A stretch of DNA of 25,506 nucleotides, taken from NCBI GenBank assembly GCA_000165425.1, contig CT868052.1, positions 620,001-645,506 of the forward strand, read 5' to 3'. The position numbers were made by a program, and so were the translations under genes. This stretch comes from Paramecium tetraurelia (lineage: Eukaryota). Positions 11,155-21,616 of this stretch are shown here, one piece after another. Position 1 is the stretch's first letter. Each line of letters begins with the position of its first letter. The notes beneath the pieces were generated by a model that was given only the letters and a program-made list of their open reading frames with translations, did no database searches and was not told the DNA's origin.

Positions 11155-13047
11155 TTTATAAATTATCAATTATACAATTACTTCAATTATTTATTAATCA
11201 TGCTAAAGAGCATATGGATATATTCAACAAAAAATAAGCAAGAATACAGAAACTTAAATCTGATAATATAACGACAAAATTGTTACATAAAAATTATCTA
11301 AAAAACTTTGTTTTAAGTGTGATTTATTAAATCTAATTCTTTATATGGTTTCCCATTCTCATAAATTCAAATGGGATCTGTATTATTGAGAATTTTATAG
11401 TTACCTTTGATCTCTTGAAATAAACAACAACTAATTAATTTAAAATATATTTGAGAGTGAAGTAATGAATTAAAATAGATTTAGGTTTACAAATCTAATA
11501 TTTTGCATAAATCTATAAAAATTGGAGGATGTAATTAAGATTGTCAATACAAAATAATTAATTTTAAAATACAAAAAATAAATTAAGAAATCAATAAACG
11601 CATTTATGTTTGTCAATATTTGATTTTAATTTACCATACAACTACTTGAATAAAAGGAAAGATGAGAATATAATATTTACTATTAAATTTTCAGGTGAAT
11701 TTAAATTGAGAATTACAATGATAAATAAGCCGAAATTATAGTTGCTTACATTGTAAAATAAGTTTCATAATATGGAATTATAGAGAGAGTAGTTTCAAAT
11801 TTTAGGGTATGAACAAAACAGATAATGAACATTTTCTATCGTATTTTCACAAACCTTTTATATTTTAAATAACCAAATCCATAATTACTACAGTGTTTCA
11901 ACTAAACGATTTCTAGTAGCCTATTTATCAACTATAAGAGAAAATTGATGAAAAAATTACAACCTTTAGTATGAAAATACCAAGATAAATAGAAAATACA
12001 TAAAATAGCAAACTCAATTAAAAAAATTTACATAATTAAAACTTTGAATGAGGGAAATTTGATAAAAAAAACAAATGGAGCTGAGAAATTGGAATGATTA
12101 ATAAATTTAAAAACTTATACAAGTTCAAGCTCAAAAATAAACCAAAAGGTAAAATCCATCAGCTTTTCTTCTAAATTTGAAAAAATTGGGAAAATCAAGC
12201 CTCATGATTATCATTAAAAATATTACCAACAATTAACAATATAGTTATGATAGAAATTCTAGATTGAAGTCTCAAACAATTCCCTACAACAATTTTAACA
12301 AATCTCATAGATTATCCAAAAGGGGTTGGGCATAAATTATTTCCTCCATTCCCTTCCATAAATCAAGCTTCTATCTTTGCTTTAGTAATTGGCCTATTTG
12401 ATATCCGATTTGGCTTTGAATGCCTTCATTGCATCTTTTTAAAAGAAATACTGGTGCTATTTTTATATAAAACTATTGATGGCAATCATACTGAATTTAT
12501 TATTTTATTCTTAATAATATATAAAAGAGAATATTTTCTTTCATTTTAAATTTAAATTATTATTCGATTAATTTATTCATCCTAATACACTATTAGCTAA
12601 AAGCAGCCTATCAAATCAATAAGACACCAAGCCTACAAATAAATTAATTAACACCATCACATTTAGTTTGTAAAATATTAATATATTAATTGTAAACCTT
12701 ATTTACCTTTAGAGGTGGGTAATTTGAAAACATTGAACCATAGTGGCTCCCCATATTTATCTATAATAATCAATCTTCCTCACATTAATACCATTTGCAG
12801 CAAAACTAAAAGCGTATTATTAAAATTGATTTGACCATAAAAAAATCTTTTGAATTGAAGTATCTATATAAATGATTCTGAAACTTTATTCCATATATAC
12901 AGAACTTTTAGGGACTCTTTTTCATTTAAACAAATATTTAATATAAATATAATAATATTTTCAAAAAAAGTACGGAGAATTAAAACAACAAAATGTTTGC
13001 ATAATATAAATTTCAGAATAAATTATGTTGTTATAAATCTCATTTGC

Positions 13048-14130
13048 TCATTCATCTTTTTGCTCCTATTCATTTGCATTTAACTCAGTGTATATTCTTA
13101 TTTAAATCTATCTTGAGTTTTTGTCCCAAGTAATTAAATATTTACCATCATCGCTCAGAGTACCAGACACTTCCGGGGTCCAAAAAGTTAAAACTTATTT
13201 ATACCTTAACTTAAAAGATCTATCAACATATTTAAATATATTGGTATAATTGCCATTCTTCATTAGAAGTACTTATTTAGATTAATTGTATAAAGAAGGA
13301 AAAATATGCGCACACCTTTAACTAGCTCCTTTGACAGGTATTTCATTTTCTTTTTTGTATTAATTTAACTGATTTAATCTATAAATATTCATATGTTTTG
13401 TTCCATTCCAAAGTTGTGTTACAGGTTAAAATACAAAAGTATCATTATCTAAAAAGCAGACTCTAAAACCCTATTATTTAATATTGATTGTTTATTTTAG
13501 TAGCCAAGCTGAAGTATTTTTTTACTGTAAAAATGATTGCTGATGCTCAAACACTTGTATTCGATGATTTTCGCTACTTGTAACAATTTAAGTTCCATTC
13601 ATGTTAATAGATATTCCTAAAATTTGATCGATTTCAGAGATTCTATCAACACTAAACCATTACCTATGATTCGAGTATTAGAAAAATTGAATTAATCCAC
13701 TAGAAGCAGATATAAATTAGTTTTCAATAATTGGATGAAGAATCAATGCAACTATCTAACTTTAATGAGTTTTTATTTTTTATATATATTTTGGATTAGC
13801 CAATAAGCTTTTTGACCAAACTATGATAAATCCATGAAGAGATCCTGATAAAAAATATTGTGACTTATTTAAAAATTTAAGGTGTTTTATATAACTCTTA
13901 TCTCCTCCCAATTTCGCTAGTAATTTAATATTTCCAATTTTAAATATGTAAACATTAATTTTTGCTTTTGCTGAAGCTATTAATAAGGTGTTTTCTTGAT
14001 TAATGTCGATGGAATAACAGAATTCATATTATCGGACTGATTCATTTTCTACTTATTTATAAGAAAATCTCTTCAAGTCAGTTTGTTAATTCATATTTTA
14101 TGATTATTAGATTGCCTATATATTTTTCAT
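13048..14130 (-). CDS. WD40-repeat protein of the Paramecium-expanded type, ~360 aa (true start uncertain)
   Basis: Intron-less 1083 nt frame from ATG 14130 to TGA 13050-13048. 'QYEFCYSIDINQENTLLIAS', 'FLSGSLHGFIIVW', 'WLLKQTINIKQQGFRVCFLDNDTFVFQP', 'IPVKGASQRCAHIFPSLYN' and 'GTLSDDGKYLITWDKNSRQIQIR' are typical of ciliate WD40 propellers. Confidence 0.85.
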
Positions 14131-14933
14131 CTGTTAAAGTATTTAAGTAATTCTTATTGAAATCTGAATTAAAAAATTAAATTTATATTAAAGGAAGAAT
14201 AATTTTTTGAGGTAGTTCTTTCATTATCTTATTACATTTTAATTTTTTTCTATAAATTCTATCTTCATATTTTTTTCTGTAATGCAAGATAAAATTACTC
14301 CTTTTCACTTTTTACATTTTAGTATTTCTATTGAAATAGGGGTTAAAATCAAATTCTACCTATGAAAGATACTTAACATATTCATTTAGATAGCATTCTC
14401 TGAAATATAAAATCAAATAGTTGTTTATATATATCAGCTGAGTCAGAAGCTTTGATGAGCATTTAAGAGTTCAAAGTTTTAGATATTTAATAGAGCCACA
14501 ATGAAATTTAATGAATAATACAAAAAAAAAATAAAATTTTTTGGCTATTATAAATAGTGCAACAAGTATTAATCCTAATTTTGTTTAGTGCTTTTATTTC
14601 ATTAAATTTAATAAATTAATGGTAGGAAAGCTAAGAAATCTATTTTACTAAATCCTATTGACATCACCATACGTATTTTAAAAATATATTTTTGGATAAA
14701 AGATTAATGAATATATTTATAAATTTTCTGTTAGAATTGTCTAGCCTTTTATTAGTTGTTAAGACCTGATCTTGTTAAGCATAACTTGAGACTGTTAGGT
14801 TATATGCTTTAGAACTAAATGCTTCCCGATAAATGAAAGGAAATCTTATAGAGTGATAGTGTAATGATATAATTTCAGATTAAACAAAAGTTAAATTTAT
14901 TGACTTCAATTAGATACGAAAAGATATCTTGGC

Positions 14934-14983
14934 TAATTGCATTGATTAGTATAAATAAAAATTTGATAAATAAAATCAAAATA
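14934..14983. repeat. 50 bp exact direct repeat, copy 1 (TA...TA bounded)
   Basis: TAATTGCATTGATTAGTATAAATAAAAATTTGATAAATAAAATCAAAATA, identical to 15683-15732. Confidence 0.95.
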
Positions 14984-15531
14984 ATGCCAAGAAATTCCCA
15001 AGGGATGTTCTACATATGTAATTAGTAATGACGGTACTACTTTAATTTGTACTGCATGCACTACCTCATATTCACTTGTTTCAAATGTTTGTTTACCAAG
15101 TCAAAATTGCCAACAATTCAGTACTACTACTGGTAATTGTTCTTAATGTGCCCCTGGATACTACTTGAATTGGTAGTTTAACTCCTTTGTTTCTTAAGTC
15201 TCAACAGATGCAATTCCATATTTCAATAATTTCCCCTCTTAATGTTCAGCTTGTACTATATCCAATTGTCTTACTTGTACTGGTCCTACAGTTTGTACTA
15301 CTTGTCAACCAGGATACTTCTGGCAAACATCATAATATCTTTAATAACCATCAAATGGATCATAAGGAAGTTGCCAACCATGCATGCAAGGATGTTCAAC
15401 CTGTTCAAACAATCAATCATGCTAAACCTGTTTCTCTGGATATTATATGGTCTTCCCATATTCAGGAATCAACTATTGTTAACTTTGTTCAACTGTTGCT
15501 GCAATATCAAATTGTTTGACTTGTGATACTT
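14982..15531 (+). CDS. Internal fragment of a Cys-rich (CxxC, furin/growth-factor-receptor-like repeat) surface protein; no start codon, runs into an assembly gap
   Basis: Open frame 'QCQEIPKGCSTYVISNDGTTLICTACTTSYSLVSNVCLPSQNCQQFSTTTGNCSQCAPGYY...QCSACTISNCLTCTGPTVCTTCQPGYFW...CQPCMQGCSTCSNNQSCQTCFSGYY...NCLTCDT'. The frame is closed upstream by TGA 14964-14966 with no in-frame ATG in between. Confidence 0.85.
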
Positions 15532-15681
15532 NNNNNNNNNNNNNNNNNNNNNNNNNNNNNNNNNNNNNNNNNNNNNNNNNNNNNNNNNNNNNNNNNNNNN
15601 NNNNNNNNNNNNNNNNNNNNNNNNNNNNNNNNNNNNNNNNNNNNNNNNNNNNNNNNNNNNNNNNNNNNNNNNNNNNNNNNN
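15532..15681. other. Assembly gap (N run)
   Basis: Run of 150 N. Confidence 1.
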
Positions 15682-15682
15682 G

Positions 15683-15732
15683 TAATTGCATTGATTAGTA
15701 TAAATAAAAATTTGATAAATAAAATCAAAATA
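15683..15732. repeat. 50 bp exact direct repeat, copy 2 (TA...TA bounded)
   Basis: Identical to 14934-14983 and begins one base after the N gap. Confidence 0.95.
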
Positions 15733-16673
15733 GTTTTCTTTTTGAACGCTATAATCAATTTAAAAGACTACTTTTAAGGAATATTTCAATTTATTTAATT
15801 TGATGAAAATCATGCATCATGATTGATCTAGCCATTTTCATCAAATTTAAAAGCAATAAGCTATGATTATCGTCTATATTATTTGTTAATTAATAAATAA
15901 TGAATGATATTTATTACTTCTTTGGTAAAATCTAATTCAACTCGAGGTAAACTGAATGTGATAGTTTCACTCTCAATACTTGAGGTTAGAAAATGTCAAA
16001 GTAGATGGAATTACTTCCCCTGATAGTTAATTCAAATTTTATTCCATCATTTGATGTTTTGATAATCATTTCGTATGTGCAACTTTGATTTTTCCAAAAC
16101 ATTATTCAGAAGGAACTTAATGAAAAGATTTGTAATGGATATTTTCATAATGAAGTAACGTGAATCCTGCACTAATAATGCTGAGTTCTAATACCTGAAC
16201 GGTTAAATCAAGCATCAATATTGAAAAATATAATGAATCAAATTTGTATGTGTTTAATAATAATAATGAAATGCTAGCATGGCAAAATAATATTTTTGAA
16301 GATGCAATAACTCAAAAACAAACACTTGAATATCTTACAAATGATATAAAAATTCTACTCAATTATAGAATAACAATTTAATCCCAAATGATAATGATGT
16401 AATTAAATTAATAAGATTCAAGTTCTCAGTTCATTAAATAAAACAGAAAAATTCTAGCACATCAGATTTCATATAAACTAATTTACAAATGGGTGTATGC
16501 AAAGAATTTAGAACTTTCAAATTCATCAAACATTAAACAAGTTCATATTTTGACTCTCATTTTATCTTAGATTGGAAAAAACCTAGCATGAGCATGATTC
16601 GTTAATTCTTTCATCTTAGAATTTTTAGTAAGCATATAGAATAAATAATTTAAATTATAGAATAAATATATAT

Positions 16674-19600
16674 TCATAATTCATCTTCTGAATTATCAAA
16701 ATCATCAACATCTTAATCTTTTTTTTAATACACAAAGTATAGAAGTAAAGATGTTACAATCACTATTAAGGTAATTCCAAACAAGATATAAAAAGAAGTT
16801 GTTTCAAATATGTGTTGTTTTATAATAATCAAATTGATTTCAGCTTCTGTAGAATTGTAATAATTTTAAGCATATAACTCAAATGAATCAGATTTTTCTC
16901 TTTATTTAGATAAATTAATTTTTATAGAGAAAACATTCAATTCAAGTTCTAAAATGCTACCATTATTATAAAGAATTAAAATTTATCCAGATGAATTACT
17001 CTATGCAATAAAAGAAAAAGCACTTAACAAAGTAGTATCAAGTGTAAAATTATACCCTCCTTAAAAAAGGAGGGGATTTAAGAATTTAACGTTTTAATTA
17101 TCAGAAATATTGTAAAAGGTAATCATTTGTTGTTAATTTGATAGGTTAAGTGTTTGAGAATAAAAAAATAATAATAATCCTTTATCATATTAGGGTAATT
17201 GTGAGGTAGTAAAATTATGTTTATCAAAAGGTGGTGATGTCTAGATAAAACTTTAGAAGATTAACTCACTAGTTTTAAGATTGGATTTATTGATTGCCAA
17301 AAGAAATGAAACAGCTAAAATAAAATTAGAATTAGAGACCATTATAAATATTTCTTTCTTTTTTTAATATACCATAGGTATAGTGTCAAATGACAAATAT
17401 TGTTATGTAATTGTTTTAAAGAGGAAAGAATTTTCATCTGAATGTTCCATTGTATAATTTTCTCTAACTCTAGCAAATTTATAGTATAATTAATCTTTAC
17501 GAATAGGCTTAAAATAAAAATAAATTATTATCTAGCCACCATCTTTATATCTTGAGGTATGGGAGGGTACATGAACCCTTTGGATNNNNNNNNNNNNNNN
17601 NNNNNNNNNNNNNNNNNNNNNNNNNNNNNNNNNNNNNNNNNNNNNNNNNNNNNNNNNNNNNNNNNNNNNNNNNNNNNNNNNNNNNNNNNNNNNNNNNNNN
17701 NNNNNNNNNNNNNNNNNNNATTTTAGATTCTAAAATTGAGTTGTTTACTGCATTTGATTTATTCATACTAATTATTTAAGTATTGTATTGAGTATCCTTT
17801 CATAAAGCAAAAAGACTAAATTTATAGGCAGTTGAGGCAATACATTTTTTGTAGGGACCAAAGAAATATTTATCTTTATTTGTATAATTTAGGATACTAT
17901 AATTATTCATCAGCAGAAATTAAATATTCCAGCTATTATCTAATTGAGTAATTAAATTGTAGTTAGCCTAATCATACGTTAAATTGAAATACTAAATATA
18001 GTTTGTCAATGTGTAATTATCTTAATTTTTATTTTTGTTAACCATTTTGAATTATAAAATTTAACCTTCAACTGAAATATTATTTCTAAATATTTCGATA
18101 TAGGATTAAGATTGACTTACATTGACTTATGTATGGTTCATTTAAATTTATTCATAATTATTTATTATGGTCACAGAATTGTTTAAAGAATTAATTTTGC
18201 TCTGCTAATTAAGTTAGGAGGAAATAGTGAAATTAAAGATTTATTCAGATAGGAAATCTGAATATATACTAAAATTATAAAATGTCTGAAGTAAAATAGG
18301 TGATAACAAAAATAAGCTCTAATTAAAATAAAGAAGGCTCATACTGTCCGTTGCTGTGCTTGCGAATTATAGTCCATCAATATATATTCGATAATAGAGA
18401 CTTGAATGTTCTGATAAGGTGGGGTTAAATATATGCATGATTAAGCCAATTTATACATAAAAAAACTGATTGTCAGAGTAGAAGAAAATTGAATCTTTAT
18501 TCAACTCAAGCACTAAGGATCTCATACTTCTTTGAAAGTAGGGTTCCTTCAATTTTTTGACATTCCAGACTTCAAATTAAACAACTGACATATCTTGTTG
18601 AATATATGACAAAATTAATTGGTTATTTACAACCTATAAATTTTAAATTAGGAAAAACACTTTTTTGATTGATATTAACATAAAATTAAATCGCTCTGTT
18701 ATTTAACCTATAATAAAACTATTTTAATTGTTTATGTATAAGATTCTAGATTGGTATTGTTAGTTGATAAATATACTTATTGGATTAAAGTCAATTTTTG
18801 AACCAACGATCTGATTAAAAATTTTCGAATCAAGTAAAATGAAAAATTGATTATCAAATGTTGTTATAACTATTTAATTTGTATCTAATAACAAAACTAA
18901 TGCATTAGATAGCAACTAAAATTATTTAAATGACTATGTTTAAAAGGTTGTAATGTTTACTAATGATAATTGTCGATCATACTCATAAATTTATATCATA
19001 TTCTAGCCTATACCTAGGCAAACTAAGAAGTATAATTATTGATTTAGAATAGCGAAAGTAATTTCAATTTGAGTGACACTACCATTTTTTTTAGTAATAT
19101 CGGTTGAACTGACTGGTAATATTGTTCCTTCTTAATATAGATCTAGAGTCTGATTGTTTATTGCTACAATGAAAAAAACAATTAAATTAATTGTTGTTGC
19201 ATTCTTGGAATATATTAACTGAAAAAATTTTAACCATCTCATAGCTCTAAGTCAAATCTAACGATTGATGGAGTTTTTATAAAGTAGAATCACTAAAACT
19301 TCCTAGACTTGGATTGCTTACCATATTTGAAACATTGAGAAGTGATCCTGAAACAAATGTGATCCAATATATAAAAGGAAATTGCAATAAATTAAAAAAT
19401 GATAGTTGTGGTTATACGAAAATCTAATAAACACTGCTATCAATTTTGGAGACCTAAAGATAATGAATCACAGTTTGGCATTTCCTTATTTAAAAATTAC
19501 CTTCTATTTCAAAAGCCTAAATAGAGAATGAACCACTCATCTCATTTGATGCAAAATATAAAGTAGGTATTTATAAGGTATAAATTTCAATATGGTCTCC

Positions 19601-20732
19601 AAAAATTAACAATTCTTAAGTGGATCCTTCGAAATAGACAACTGTATTGTTATTGTGTAAATCAAAGTTTCTGATAATAATTTTATTAAATCCTTAATTT
19701 TACAGAATGCTAATTCTATGATTATTATAATGAAGAACTATGAATTGTTAATTCATAAATATTTAGGCATTTCTACTTACTTTCTTTAGAAATTATTTAG
19801 ACTCTAATAGTTTTACATATCCTGAGACACTGTAAAAGATATCTACGAGATACATATAATCTTAATCATCGTCTAAAACTATTAACATTATTCGATCAAA
19901 TTAATAGTATTCGTCATAGGAATAATAATAACCCATATAAAAAATATCTTGATATAATAAGATATTGTTGCCTTACACAAGAGTTCCTGATTGTGATATC
20001 ACATATGTTAAAATCTCATTTAATTATTAAATAAATATTGTTTAACTTGTACTCTCCCTTTATGAAACAACAAAGTTATATGCCAAAATTGTTAAACTAT
20101 CTGTGGATATTAAAGTGTTTTTTTTAATTTCATATAAGATGGTCAATTTCAATTCATTTTAATCTAACAGGCTGAAAAACTACCCATATATAAAGTACAC
20201 AGTTGTGTTATTTATAATAGAACCTAGTTTTGTTTGATTTGGAAGAGAACTATTGGAAGTGTAGATCTAAATGAGTGTAGTGTTCTTTAAATTGTATAGA
20301 ATTAGTGTTTCATTTTAGTAACAATCTAAAATTATATTATTTACTGTTAAGTAAGTAACACTAAAGCACGATAAGTTTGAATTTATGTTAATTACTTTTT
20401 ATAGTATCAGACTTCCATTTATTTTCAAATAGATATTCAACGAAGGTTCAGTAGTCAAAGCAAATATTTGATCTGTAGAAGGTGAGACAGATTTAAATGT
20501 GTAATCTAATTAATATTAATTACTTACTATTTTCAATATTGTTTCTATGATTCATAGTACCCACAATCTTCACATCTTATGGACAGTTGGAACATTTATA
20601 AATTAAATCATTGCCTTAAAAAAAATTAAGCATAGGTATTTCTAATGTTTCTTCTTTTGTAGGATAGAGATAATAATCCTCATTTATCACTTGACAAGCC
20701 CTAATGAAAAGAATGTATACAAATATAAACAT
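16674..20732 (-). pseudogene. Large (~1300 aa) type I single-pass membrane protein of a Paramecium-expanded family, apparently disrupted
   Basis: ATG 20732 with signal-like 'MFIFVYILFIRACQV', intron 20506-20527, a long beta-rich ectodomain with many N-x-S/T sites, C-terminal TM 'FYILFGITLIVIVTSLLLYFVY' then 'QKKDQDVDDFDNSEDEL*' (TGA 16676-16674). Lesions: a frame change near 19204-19234 and an in-frame TGA at 17802-17800. Spans the N gap. Coding origin is secure; pseudogene status is less certain. Confidence 0.7.
17586..17719. other. Assembly gap (N run)
   Basis: Run of 134 N inside the membrane-protein gene. Confidence 1.
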
Positions 20733-21616
20733 ATTTTTTAATTATTAAATGAAAAATCTTGTAAAATCAAAGGGTTATGTATTTTTTATTTTGAACATTT
20801 TTTCAGATTTTATTTTATTCTAGATTTAAATGATTAGATTATAGGTTCCCCAGGAGAATAGTTTGAGATTAGTTTGCTCTCTAATTTTTAATTATAAAAG
20901 ATTTTTGTTAATAAGAAAATATTATCTAAGTTATAACTGAAATATTTTATTCTAAAATCTCTTTCATGAAGTTATTTATTTATTCTATGACCTAGTTATA
21001 GTTTGAATTATAATTAGATTGAATATCAAAAGTGTTTGAAGTTTCTACAATTTGGTTAGGATTTTTTTTCATTATAAACATTAGAATTAATACAAATAAT
21101 TTTCATTTTTAATTGAATAGAATAATATAGAAAATTCTCATCATTATAACCTAATTTTATAAAATATTACAAATTTCAATCTATTATTACAAAATCTTTC
21201 ATTAAATTTTAAATACAATATAGCCATTTAACCTAGATTATAACTGAAAAATATAGCTATGTTAATTTGACTTAATAAATCAAAAAGCAACTAGTTATAA
21301 TTTTCAATTTTTCTAGTAAAAATAAAACTCCATCCATCAAATCTATAAGAAAAAAATAATCGTTAACTACCAATCTTAGCTAAGAGTTCATACTAATAAA
21401 AATTATTAATTGAATTATAAACCTAGTTTATCCATATAAAAGAGTAAAATCAATATTTTTTATTATAATAAATGCTGATGCACATATCAGACTAACCAAT
21501 TCATTATTATAAAAATGAATATGCGATTTTTACCTTCGAAACAATTATTAATCAAACTAAATTTCTAGTGTAGGAAAGCTACTCAAACTGCAAAATTTTA
21601 ATCTATTAATAAAATA

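Noticed and set aside
11032..11271. Track ORF, 79 aa, plus strand
   Set aside because: Overlaps the OGFr_N gene antisense and has no protein-like features.
12322..12330. GGGGTTGGG, resembling the ciliate telomere repeat
   Set aside because: Only about 1.5 units, not a telomeric tract.
12211..12489. 92-codon minus-strand ATG..TGA frame in the ciliate code
   Set aside because: No recognisable family, and this length is expected by chance with one stop codon. Possibly a relic.
15682..15733. GTA...TAG ends around repeat copy 2, read as an intron
   Set aside because: 52 nt is far above the 22-32 nt intron size seen here, and the G is a single base next to a gap.
15187..15777. Six track ORFs around the first gap
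   Set aside because: Off-frame readings of the Cys-rich fragment or artefacts of translating through Ns.
17055..17074. CCCTCCTT/AAGGAGGG hairpin resembling a terminator
   Set aside because: Inside the membrane-protein coding frame (PLLFQGG) of a eukaryote, so probably coincidental.
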